From the NCBI GenBank assembly GCA_963706615.1, contig OY970163.1, forward strand, positions 1,189,492 through 1,253,491: a stretch of 64,000 nt of DNA, given 5' to 3'. Shown in pieces: positions 1 to 8,237 of the stretch (its first letter is position 1; each line of letters starts with the position of its first letter). The translations under genes and the position numbers were made by a program. This DNA comes from an uncultured Solirubrobacteraceae bacterium. Its GTDB lineage: Bacteria > Actinomycetota > Thermoleophilia > Solirubrobacterales > Solirubrobacteraceae. The notes under the pieces were generated by a model, which was given only the letters and a program-made list of their open reading frames with translations, ran no database searches and was not told the DNA's origin.

Positions 1-36
1 CGCGGGCTTAGGCCCGTATCTGAAGATCATCAGCAG

Positions 37-1092
37 ATGCACGCTTCCTCGCACCCCACCGAAGTGAGAGCGCAGATGCCCGAGACAGCGCTTCGCACCC
101 CCAGACTGCTCAGCATCGTCGCGCCCGTGTACGACGAGCAGGAGCTGATCGAGGACTTCGTCTTGCGCGCGTGCGCGGCGGCAGCCGACTACGAGTTCGA
201 GCTCGTGCTCGTCAACGACGGCTCATCAGACCGCACGCCCGAGCTGCTCGACGCGATCGCCGCGAAGGACGAGCGCGTGCGCGTGATCCACCTGTCTCGC
301 AACTTCGGCCACCAGGCGGCGCTCACCGCCGGCCTGGAGCATGCCACGGGTGACGTCGTCGCGATGATCGACGCCGACCTGCAGGACCCGCCGGAGCTGA
401 TACCCGACATGATCGCCCAGTGGAGCCAGGGCGCCGACGTCGTGTACGCGGTGCGCAAGCAGCGCGAGGGGGAGACGGCCTTCAAGCTCGCCACCGCCTC
501 GTGGTTCTACAAGCTGTTCGACAAGCTCGCGCAGGTCGACCTCGAGCCCAACTCCGGCGACTTTCGCCTGCTCGACCGCCGCGCGCTGGACGCGCTGCTG
601 GCGATGACCGAGCGCTCGCGCTTCCTGCGCGGGATGACCGTGTGGGTCGGCTTCAACCAGACCGCCGTCTCCTACGAGCGCGACGCGCGCCACGCCGGCG
701 AGACGAAGTACACGCTGCGCAAGATGCTGCGCTTCTCACTCGACGCGATCACCTCCTTCTCGCACCTGCCGCTGCAGCTGGCGACGTACGCGGGGATGCT
801 CTCGGCGACCGTAGCCTTCGTGGCGATCCCCGTGGTGATCGTGCTGCGCGTGTTCGACTCCTACCTGCCCGGCTTCAGCTCGATCACGATCGCGATCCTG
901 CTGCTCGGAGGCATCCAGCTGATCGCGATCGGCGTGATCGGCGAGTACGTCGGACGCATCTACGACGAGGTCAAGCACCGGCCGCTGTACATCGTGCGCG
1001 ACGAGCGCAACCGTCCCGTCCCCCCCGGCGGCTCGCCCGTCGTGCCCGCGGCCCGCGCGGGCCTCGCGGCGCGCGCGACCGAGCGCGTCTGA
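37..1092 (+). CDS. Glycosyltransferase family 2, polyprenyl-phosphate glycosyltransferase (GtrB/ArnC-like)
   Basis: Motifs SIVAPVYDE, VNDGSSD, SRNFGHQAAL, DADLQDPPE, SGDFRL, then two C-terminal TM helices and GEYVGRIYDEVKHRPLY. The start could be ATG 76. Confidence 0.9.
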   Translation: MHASSHPTEVRAQMPETALRTPRLLSIVAPVYDEQELIEDFVLRACAAAADYEFELVLVNDGSSDRTPELLDAIAAKDERVRVIHLSRNFGHQAALTAGLEHATGDVVAMIDADLQDPPELIPDMIAQWSQGADVVYAVRKQREGETAFKLATASWFYKLFDKLAQVDLEPNSGDFRLLDRRALDALLAMTERSRFLRGMTVWVGFNQTAVSYERDARHAGETKYTLRKMLRFSLDAITSFSHLPLQLATYAGMLSATVAFVAIPVVIVLRVFDSYLPGFSSITIAILLLGGIQLIAIGVIGEYVGRIYDEVKHRPLYIVRDERNRPVPPGGSPVVPAARAGLAARATERV

Positions 1093-1158
1093 CCGAGCGC
1101 GTCCGATAGCCGCGCACGCAACCGCTCCGCCGTGCTGCGCGCGGTGTTGTGGGCGTCG

Positions 1159-3432
1159 ATGAGCTCCGCGCGCCACCGCCCAGCCGCAGCGCTCGCGCTG
1201 CTCGCGGCGATCGCCTGCGCGTGCTTGGCGGCGAGCGCCGGGCGAGCGTTCGCAGAGGCCTGCGCGGGCGTCGGCGGGGCGCCGTGCCCGTACTCCTCCG
1301 CGCAGATCATCGGCCAGCGCGCCGAGGGCGTGCTGCGCTTTCCCGAGGCCGTCGCCGTGGACGTTCAAGGCAACGTCTACGTCGCCGACCAGCTCAGCTA
1401 CGTCGTGCAGAAGTTCTCCGCCGCGGGCGTGTTCGAGACCGAGTGGGGCTCCTACGGCGGCGCGCACGGCCAGTTCGGGCCGATCGGCGGCCTCGCCACC
1501 GACGCCGCCGGCGACGTGTACGTGGTCGACTCCAGCCACAACCGCATCGAGAAGTTCGACGCCAACGGCAACTTCATCCTGCAGTGGGGGCACAAAGGAT
1601 CCGAACCCGGCCAGTTCAGCTTCGGCTCCTCGCAGGACTACACCAAGCCGCCGGGCGGCGGCATCGCCGTGGCGGGCAGCTACGTGTACGTCGCCGACTC
1701 CGGCAACAACCGCATCCAGCGCTTCAACCTGGAAGGCGGCGAAGGCATGCAATGGGGCACCAACGGCTCGGGCCCGGGGCAGTTCAACTACCCGCGCGGC
1801 GTCGCCGCGAACGCCTCGGAGGTGCTGGTGGCCGACGACGACAACCACCGCATCGAGAAATTCGACGTCAACGGCGCATACCAGACCTCAGCGGGCTCGC
1901 AGGGCACGGGACCCGGGCAGTTCAGCTTTCCCTACGGCATCGCGCTCGACGCCGCCGGCAACTCCTACGTCGCCGACGACCTCGGCCACCGCATCGTCAA
2001 GCTCACGCCCGAACTCGCCTTCGCCGGCGCGTGGGGCGGCTACGGGACCAAACCCGGTCAGCTCGCCTTCCCGCGCGCCGTCGCGAGCGATCCGGCGGGC
2101 GACAACTACGTCGCCAACACGGCCAACGATCGCGTCGAGGTCTACGACCCGCAAGGGCGCTTCCTGCACACGATCGGCATCTCCGCGCGCGGGCCGAACA
2201 CGATGACCGCTCCGCGCGGGCTGGCGATCGACCCGACCGGGCGGCTGCTCGTGTCCGACACCGTCGGCAGCCGCGTCGAGGCCTTTGCCCCCGAAAGCGG
2301 CCTGTATGCCGGCCAGTGGATCGGCGCGGGCGGCCACGCGGCGAGCTTCGCCAAGCCGTCGGGCATCGGCATCGACGCGCGCGGCTCGGTGTACATGACC
2401 GACGAGGGCAACGAACGCGTCGTGCGCCTGTGGGGCGACGGCACGTACCTCTCCGAAGCAGGCGGCCCGGCGAACCTCGGCGGGGCGCAGCTCAACGGCC
2501 CCGACGCGGTGGCCGTCGCGCCGCTGTCCGGGCGCACCTACGTCGCCGACTCCGGGCACAACCGCTTGCTCGTGTACGGCGCCGCAGGCTCGCTGATCGC
2601 GCGCTGGGGCGCCGGCGGCGGCAACGGCACCGCGAGCAGTGCGAGCGGCGCCTTCAACCATCCCACCGGCGTGGCCGTCAGCGGCTCGCCGTTCGGCGAA
2701 GACGTGTACGTCGCCGACAAGGGCAACGACCGCATCGTCGAGCTCGCGCAGAACGGCGAAGTGCTGCGCCAGTGGGGCGGCCGCGGCGGCGGCGACGGGC
2801 GCTTTCACGCGCCCGCCGGCGTGGCCGTCGACGGCGGCGGCGAGGTGTTCGCGCTGGACAGCGAAAACAACCGCGTCGAGGTGTTCGACGCGTCCGGGCA
2901 CTACCTGGCCAAGTGGGGCCTGCACGGCAGCGGTCTCGGCGACTTCTCCCAGCCCTCGGCGATCGCCGTCGACTGCGCCGGCAGCGTGTACGTGGCCGAC
3001 ACGAACAACAACCGAGCCGAGCGCTTCAACCTCGCCGAACCTCACCCGACAGGCTGCCTGGCGCCCGGGACCTGGCCGCCGCCGCTGGACGTGGCGCCCG
3101 TGCTGCGCGTGGGCCTGCCCTCCCGCGGCGGCGTGCTCGCCCGGCGCGCGCTCACGCTCAGCGTCGCCTGCCAGCGTGGCTGCAAGGTGCTCGCCTCGGG
3201 AACGATCTCGCCGGCCGGGCGCCGCGGCTCGGTGTCCCTCGTCGCGGCCGCGCAGACGCTGGCGCAGGCGACGTTCGCACACGTGCGACTGCGTGTCGGG
3301 CCGTTCGCGCTGCGCAGGCTGCGCAAGGCGCTCGGGCGCCGCGCGGGCATGACCGCGCGCGTGCAGATCGTCGCCGTCGGACCGACCGGGCGGCGCACGA
3401 CCGTTAATCGAATCTACTCAGTCCGCCGATAG
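1159..3432 (+). CDS. Secreted NHL-repeat beta-propeller protein
   Basis: Signal peptide, then about 12 repeats of F.xP.GIAVD..G.VYVADS.N.RI.KF. Alternative start GTG 1132. Confidence 0.85.
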   Translation: MSSARHRPAAALALLAAIACACLAASAGRAFAEACAGVGGAPCPYSSAQIIGQRAEGVLRFPEAVAVDVQGNVYVADQLSYVVQKFSAAGVFETEWGSYGGAHGQFGPIGGLATDAAGDVYVVDSSHNRIEKFDANGNFILQWGHKGSEPGQFSFGSSQDYTKPPGGGIAVAGSYVYVADSGNNRIQRFNLEGGEGMQWGTNGSGPGQFNYPRGVAANASEVLVADDDNHRIEKFDVNGAYQTSAGSQGTGPGQFSFPYGIALDAAGNSYVADDLGHRIVKLTPELAFAGAWGGYGTKPGQLAFPRAVASDPAGDNYVANTANDRVEVYDPQGRFLHTIGISARGPNTMTAPRGLAIDPTGRLLVSDTVGSRVEAFAPESGLYAGQWIGAGGHAASFAKPSGIGIDARGSVYMTDEGNERVVRLWGDGTYLSEAGGPANLGGAQLNGPDAVAVAPLSGRTYVADSGHNRLLVYGAAGSLIARWGAGGGNGTASSASGAFNHPTGVAVSGSPFGEDVYVADKGNDRIVELAQNGEVLRQWGGRGGGDGRFHAPAGVAVDGGGEVFALDSENNRVEVFDASGHYLAKWGLHGSGLGDFSQPSAIAVDCAGSVYVADTNNNRAERFNLAEPHPTGCLAPGTWPPPLDVAPVLRVGLPSRGGVLARRALTLSVACQRGCKVLASGTISPAGRRGSVSLVAAAQTLAQATFAHVRLRVGPFALRRLRKALGRRAGMTARVQIVAVGPTGRRTTVNRIYSVRR
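3405..3432 (+). promoter_or_regulatory. Candidate sigma28 (FliA/WhiG-type) promoter for the 3440 gene
   Basis: TAAT-N16-GCCGATAG embedded in the AT-enriched last codons of the NHL gene, ending 7 nt before ATG 3440. Confidence 0.45.
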
Positions 3433-3439
3433 GGACCCG

Positions 3440-3733
3440 ATGAGCTCAGCAGACCGCTTCAAAGACGAGCAGCCGAGCATGGACCACAGGCGCGAACGCA
3501 TCAGGATCGAGACCGAGCGCCACCGCATCGAGGGCTTCCTCACGCTCGCGCGCGACGGCTACCGCAGCCGCGTCTCCGACGTGCTCAACGCCTCAGAGCG
3601 CGACTTCCTGACGCTCACCGACGTGACCGTCGCACCGCTGCAGGGCGGCCCGGTCGAACTGCACCAGTACCTCACGCTCGCGCGCCGGCACATCGTCTTC
3701 GCCGTCGCCGCGCCGGATCAGCCGGAGAGCTGA
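3440..3733 (+). CDS. Small conserved hypothetical protein (DUF6812-like)
   Basis: RIEGFLTL...RSRVSDVLNASERDFLTLTDV pattern and GC3-biased codons. Confidence 0.65.
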   Translation: MSSADRFKDEQPSMDHRRERIRIETERHRIEGFLTLARDGYRSRVSDVLNASERDFLTLTDVTVAPLQGGPVELHQYLTLARRHIVFAVAAPDQPES

Positions 3734-4119
3734 GCGCGCCGAAGATCCTCGACCGGGCACGGCAGGTCGGGGAGCTCGATGATCTCGGGGTCGCCCGTGA
3801 GCAGCACGAAACCGTGCGCTGCAGCGGTGGCGACGGCGAAGCAGTCGCCAAGCGCAATCGGCGCGCGGGCCTTCAGGCGAGCGGTCTCGATCATCCGCGC
3901 GGTCCCCGGAAGATCCAGCGAAAGCGAAGCGCGCAGCGCAGCAAGCATGTCGTCAGCGGCAATCCGTCCGTGATCTCGCTCGACGCGGTAGTAGACCTCG
4001 ACGACGTTCACCCAGCTGACTACCGGCCGAGTCGGGACCAACGCCTCGATGCGCGAGAGCGCGGGCTCCTCCCCGTCGAGCCATGCGAGGATCGCCCAAG
4101 CGTCGAGGCAGACGCTCAC
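3718..4119 (-). CDS. vapC: VapC-type PIN-domain toxin
   Basis: PIN acidic motifs LDAWAIL, VNVVEVYY, IALGDCFAVATA, LLTGDPE. GTGA overlap with the upstream antitoxin. Confidence 0.88.
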   Translation of the reverse strand: MSVCLDAWAILAWLDGEEPALSRIEALVPTRPVVSWVNVVEVYYRVERDHGRIAADDMLAALRASLSLDLPGTARMIETARLKARAPIALGDCFAVATAAAHGFVLLTGDPEIIELPDLPCPVEDLRRAQLSG

Positions 4120-4331
4120 CGCGGCTCGCGCGAGCGGTCTTCGAGCAGGCGTGCGGCCATGCCGCTATTGCCGAACCGGCTGCCGAGCCGCTCCGGATGC
4201 CGGCGGGCGACGAGCACGATCTCCTCGTCGCGCAGCTCGAACTCGACCTCATCGCCCGGCTGCAGGCGAACGCGGTCGCGCAGTGCCTTCGGAATGACGA
4301 CCTGCCCCTTCGCGCCGATCCGGCCAGTCAT
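4116..4331 (-). CDS. vapB: AbrB/MazE/SpoVT-family antitoxin
   Basis: RIGAKGQVVIPKALRDRVRLQPGDEVEF swapped-hairpin signature, directly upstream of the PIN gene. Confidence 0.88.
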   Translation of the reverse strand: MTGRIGAKGQVVIPKALRDRVRLQPGDEVEFELRDEEIVLVARRHPERLGSRFGNSGMAARLLEDRSREPR

Positions 4332-4345
4332 ACTTTGAAAGTATA
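4330..4345 (-). promoter_or_regulatory. TA autoregulatory operator overlapping a leaderless -10 box
   Basis: Perfect inverted repeat ATACTTT-G-AAAGTAT (4330-4344) overlapping TATACT (minus strand) and the ATG. Confidence 0.7.
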
Positions 4346-4395
4346 ACGCCGCTCTCGGACTAACCGCGGGCGTCGCAACGGTCTACAGAGGGCTA

Positions 4396-4484
4396 CGGAG
4401 AGGGCGGGATTCGAACCCGCGATGGAGTTTGACCCCCATACTCGCTTAGCAGGCGAGTGCCTTCAGCCACTCGGCCACCTCTCC
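4396..4484 (-). tRNA. tRNA-Ser (GCT)
   Basis: Reverse complement GGAGAGGTGGCCGAGTGGCTGAAGGCACTCGCCT-GCT-AAGCGAGT...GGTTCGAATCCCGCCCTCTCCG with a long variable arm. CCA is not encoded. Confidence 0.96.
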
Positions 4485-4620
4485 CGGGATTTGGGCGCCA
4501 AGTCTAGAGCCTGCCGGGACGCGCCGAGCGAGGCGCGGGACCGCGGCCACACGGCGCCGAGCCCGCCGCCGTCCCATCGGTGGCCCTGCGTGGCGAGCGC
4601 GTAGCATCTGCGGGTCCCTC

Positions 4621-4710
4621 GGAAGGGTGGCAGAGCGGTTGAATGCGGCGGTCTTGAAAACCGTTAGACGGGCGAACCCCGTCTCGGGGGTTCGAATCCC
4701 CCCCCTTCCG
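4621..4710 (+). tRNA. tRNA-Ser (TGA)
   Basis: GGAAGGGTGGCAGAGCGGTTGAATGCGGCGGTCT-TGA-AAACCG...GGTTCGAATCCCCCCCCTTCCG with a long variable arm. Confidence 0.96.
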
Positions 4711-4743
4711 CTCGTCGAGCCGGATTCCTGGAAACGCCCGTGA

Positions 4744-5010
4744 TCAACCGTTGCTCGGCGCGCTCCGGCCCCCCGGAGTCTCGTCGGTGGTCTGCTCGGT
4801 CGCCTGCGGGCTCTCGGTCCCTTTCAGGCCCTCGACGAACGTGTCCGCCTTATCCCCGGCCTTCTGTATCTGCTCGTGATACTTGCCGCCCGTCCTTTCA
4901 TCGGCAGCGGCCTCGGCCTTCTGGACGGCGTCATGGATCTGGTCCTTGTGCTCCGCAGCCGTCTCCTCGGCCTTCTTCGTGATGTCTTTCAGGCGATCTC
5001 CGAGTCCCAT
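4744..5010 (-). CDS. MT0933/Rv0909-like small protein (antitoxin-like family)
   Basis: MGLGDRLK...DERTGGKYHEQIQKA signature, with an SD-like AAGGGA upstream. Confidence 0.75.
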   Translation of the reverse strand: MGLGDRLKDITKKAEETAAEHKDQIHDAVQKAEAAADERTGGKYHEQIQKAGDKADTFVEGLKGTESPQATEQTTDETPGGRSAPSNG

Positions 5011-5142
5011 GGTTCCCTTTCGAGCGTTCGATATGCGACCGACGCTACGCGGCTCGCTTGCAGAACGAGTCTAGGCCGATGCCGCGGCTCGCGCGTCGGA
5101 CGCTCGATGTTTCGCCGGCGCGTTGGAGGGTAAACAGTAAGC

Positions 5143-5364
5143 ATGCCCCTAGGAACCTCGATATTTCTAATCGCCGTCGGAGCGATCCTGCGCTATGCGG
5201 TGACGGCGACCGTGTCTGGCATCTCGATCACGACGATCGGGCTCATCCTGATGATCGTCGGGGCGCTCGGGCTGGTCTTGTCGCTGCTTTACATGGTCAC
5301 GTCGCGTCCTCGCGGCGGCCGCGTGGTACGCGAGCGCGTAGTCGAGCGCGACCCGTACGCCTAG
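5143..5364 (+). CDS. Small 2-TM membrane protein (DUF6458-like)
   Basis: LGTSIFLIAVGAILRYAV...IGLILMIVGALGLVLSL followed by an R/E-rich tail. Confidence 0.8.
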   Translation: MPLGTSIFLIAVGAILRYAVTATVSGISITTIGLILMIVGALGLVLSLLYMVTSRPRGGRVVRERVVERDPYA

Positions 5365-5391
5365 CTCAGTCCTCGCTCAGCTCCAGGTCGC

Positions 5392-6417
5392 TCAGATCAG
5401 CTCCAGGTCGCCAAGCGACAGCGCCCACGAGCGGCGCAGCGTCGGATCGGGGGCCAGGTCGTCGTGCAGCGGGTTGGCGGCGATCATCGCGGAACCGGGA
5501 GCGCGCACGAGCCCGCTTAGGGCGGCCGTTCGCCACGATGTGAGGGCGCATACGACGAGGTCTGCCGCGGACGCCCGGCGAACGTCGCGCACGAGCGTGC
5601 GCGTAAGACGAGCATCGTCGCGCTCGATCAGCAACTCGTGGATGTGCGCAACCGAGAACCGGCCCTGATGCTGCACGCGAAAGATCGCGACCCCCACCTG
5701 TCCGCGCCGGTCCTTGACGCAGAGCGCGCGATAGACGTTCAGCCGTCCGTAGCGCCAGCGCAGGAAATCCGGATCGCGGGCGGTCGAGATCCGCTCACCA
5801 TCGGTAGCGCTGCTAGACAGCGCGCGCTCGAGCAGCGCGTCGTCACCGAGCACAGAGGCAGCGCCGTCCGTTTCGCGTCCGACCAACGCGGCCGCGGCGC
5901 CACCGTGCACGGCCAGGCGCTTGACGCTCTCCCACGTGAGCGCGCCCGTGCCGGCAAAGCGCGGCAAGCCGCCAACGCGCCGGCGCCCGGATTTGAGCAC
6001 GCCGGTGCGACTTCGCTCGTTGGGATTGCTCCAACTCATCGCGATCTCCTCGGAGTAGCGCGCTCGCGTGGCGGCGATCAGCTGCATCGAGACGCCGCGC
6101 CGCTGAACGGCTGGATCGACGGCGAGGTCGACGCCGCGCATCGTCTGGCGGATCCGTCCGCCAAAGCGCAGGCGCCACGGCATCAACGCGATGCATCCGG
6201 CGAGCGCGCCGTCGGCCTCTGCGACCAGCACGATCGAGTGACCGAACGGGCTTTCGCGATGCTTCCAGCGAAAGAACGCCTGCGGCTCGGCGCCCTCGAT
6301 GCCCAGCGGCCAGCGTCCAAACGCACCCTGCAGCAGCTCGAGCACGCGCGGCAGGTCGTCGTCGCGAAAGTCGCGGACCGGCACGACCTCCGCACCCGGG
6401 GGTGCCTGCCCGCTCAC
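5392..6417 (-). CDS. GNAT-family N-acyltransferase (tandem-GNAT type)
   Basis: FFRWKHRESPFG, acyl-CoA motif A (DLAVDPAVQRRGVS) and RDPDFLRWRY. GTG 6417 overlaps the TGA of ASST-1 (GTGA). Confidence 0.8.
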   Translation of the reverse strand: MSGQAPPGAEVVPVRDFRDDDLPRVLELLQGAFGRWPLGIEGAEPQAFFRWKHRESPFGHSIVLVAEADGALAGCIALMPWRLRFGGRIRQTMRGVDLAVDPAVQRRGVSMQLIAATRARYSEEIAMSWSNPNERSRTGVLKSGRRRVGGLPRFAGTGALTWESVKRLAVHGGAAAALVGRETDGAASVLGDDALLERALSSSATDGERISTARDPDFLRWRYGRLNVYRALCVKDRRGQVGVAIFRVQHQGRFSVAHIHELLIERDDARLTRTLVRDVRRASAADLVVCALTSWRTAALSGLVRAPGSAMIAANPLHDDLAPDPTLRRSWALSLGDLELI

Positions 6418-8237
6418 GTCCTCGCCGTGGCCGCGGTGCCGATGACCTGGCCGGTGGCATCGAGCGCCTGCACCGTCATGTAACGCCCGCGCGCGCCCGG
6501 CGCGAGCGCGATAGCCGTCTCGAAGCCGCTGCGCGCCACCTGTGCGACCTGCTGCAGGCCGCTCGGATCTGGACCGGCCAGCACGCGCCAGCTGGTCACG
6601 AGCGTGGCGCCGTTCCAGCTGGCGTCGACGATCGACGCCCCGCCCGCGGCTGCCCGCACGACGAACGCGGGAGCGTGCGCCGGCGTGCCCGTCCACGCGA
6701 AGCGCAAGGCACGATAGGACTGCGTGTGCGCGGGGAAGTGCGCATCGAACAGCAGCGCCCCCGCGGAGTTGAACTCGGAGAATGTGCCAACCTGTCCCCA
6801 GCCCGCGAACCAGTCGCCGTTTTCCAGCGCCTGGAAGTTTCCCTGGCTGTCGGAGACCAGCGGGGGCGCGTGCAGGACCTGCGCGGCGAGCGTCGCCGTC
6901 TTGTGCTGCGCGTCGAGATCGACGACGATGCCGCGCGATTGACCGTGCACCTTGGGCGAGGCGCCGTTGTCGAAGATGCTGATCGCGCCACCGGCGAGCT
7001 CGCGCGGGTCGTGCTGCCAGGCGGTGCCCGTGCCTGGGCCCATGTGGAAGCTCGAGGCCTTGCCGCCGAGGCGCCAGAGGATCTGTCCGCTGCGGGGATC
7101 CAGGTCGTAGGCCGCCCAGGTGTTGCGCGCGGAGATCAGCAGGCTGGCGTCCTGGTCGACGTTGATCGAGTTGATGTGGAAGTAGTCGAACGGAGCGGCC
7201 GTCGAGGCCTGGCTCGCCTTCATGTAGGACTCCGCGAGGGCGACGTGGTCGAGGCTCGTCCACTGGAACATCACGAGGCCCGTCTTCACGTCGATCTCCT
7301 GAACGAGCCCGTCGGTGACCGCGTTGTTGGGGGAGCCTCCGGCGGTGGAGAGATCGCAGAGGATCGGGTCATACGCCGTGATCAGCGCTGTGCCCCGCTT
7401 GGTCAGCTGCAGATCGTGCAGGTCGGCTTCCAGGCCGTTGCCGGCGCGCACGTGAGCCACGGCGGTATAGGACTGATCGAAGATCACGCCTTCGCCGAGC
7501 CCGAAGCCGTGCACCGAGATGTCGCCCTGCCACCACGTCAGCACGGGCTTGCCGAGGTATTCCTGCACGCGCAGGTTCGTCGCGAACCTGCCGGGGGGCA
7601 GCGGCTTGAACCACACCATCGCCCCGCTCGCGTCGAGGATCATCGGGCCTGCCTGCCCTGGCCCGGTGTACGGCGCGACGAACTCCTCCCCGGGAGCCAC
7701 CGCCGGCGACTGCGCCGTGACCGTAACCTGCGGCGGGTGCAGGTCCGGGCGCGAGGAGAAGCCCTGGACATCGCTGGGATGCCCCGGGTAGATCGTCTCG
7801 GGCGTTCGCGTGATCGCGTCCTGCTCGCCGATCGCAAATATGTCGAGTACGCGCTCGACGCGAGCGCCGCTGCGCACCCGCGCGCGAGCGACCACCCGCT
7901 CGCCTTCGACGAACGGCCGAGCGGGCACGAAGCTGGCGCCGTCGCCCTGCGAGTAGGCCAACAGCCGCCCCGCGTGAGCGCCACTCTTAGAGCCGACGAC
8001 GCTCACGCCGCTGATCGCCCCCGCCGGGACGCCGAGGAAGCTAATCTGCGTCTGCGCGGTGGCGTCGCGGCTTCCCGACAGCGGCGACACGGTCACTAAC
8101 GCAGCCTTTATCGCCGACGTATTCAATGTCGAGGGCGTACAGCGTGGAGCGCGGGTCGCGGCGGTCGCCGGCGCGACGCACAGCGCGAGCGCCAGCGCCG
8201 CCACCAGTCCTACGATCAGAGCGCGTATGGAGAGCAT
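6414..8237 (-). CDS. Arylsulfotransferase (ASST)-like protein 1, Sec-secreted
   Basis: Signal peptide MLSIRALIVGLVAALALALCVAPATA, Ig-like N-domain, motifs DLHD / DYFHINS / SARNT / WQHD, C-terminal ASWNGAT...GFET domain. Confidence 0.82.
   Translation of the reverse strand: MLSIRALIVGLVAALALALCVAPATAATRAPRCTPSTLNTSAIKAALVTVSPLSGSRDATAQTQISFLGVPAGAISGVSVVGSKSGAHAGRLLAYSQGDGASFVPARPFVEGERVVARARVRSGARVERVLDIFAIGEQDAITRTPETIYPGHPSDVQGFSSRPDLHPPQVTVTAQSPAVAPGEEFVAPYTGPGQAGPMILDASGAMVWFKPLPPGRFATNLRVQEYLGKPVLTWWQGDISVHGFGLGEGVIFDQSYTAVAHVRAGNGLEADLHDLQLTKRGTALITAYDPILCDLSTAGGSPNNAVTDGLVQEIDVKTGLVMFQWTSLDHVALAESYMKASQASTAAPFDYFHINSINVDQDASLLISARNTWAAYDLDPRSGQILWRLGGKASSFHMGPGTGTAWQHDPRELAGGAISIFDNGASPKVHGQSRGIVVDLDAQHKTATLAAQVLHAPPLVSDSQGNFQALENGDWFAGWGQVGTFSEFNSAGALLFDAHFPAHTQSYRALRFAWTGTPAHAPAFVVRAAAGGASIVDASWNGATLVTSWRVLAGPDPSGLQQVAQVARSGFETAIALAPGARGRYMTVQALDATGQVIGTAATART

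Noticed and set aside
1149-3407. Long alternative-frame and antisense ORFs (e.g. 1149-3407, 8041-10062, 9725-12016, 60663-62021)
   Set aside because: Arg/Ala/Gly-rich shadows of real genes, expected in high-GC DNA; they carry no motifs.
37-3432. GT2 and NHL genes as part of the ASST system
   Set aside because: They are separated from it by the TA module and two tRNAs, and nothing in the sequence links them.
3723-4402. CGGAGAG at both ends of the TA module as an att pair
   Set aside because: Only 7 bp in GC-rich DNA, and no integrase; not significant.
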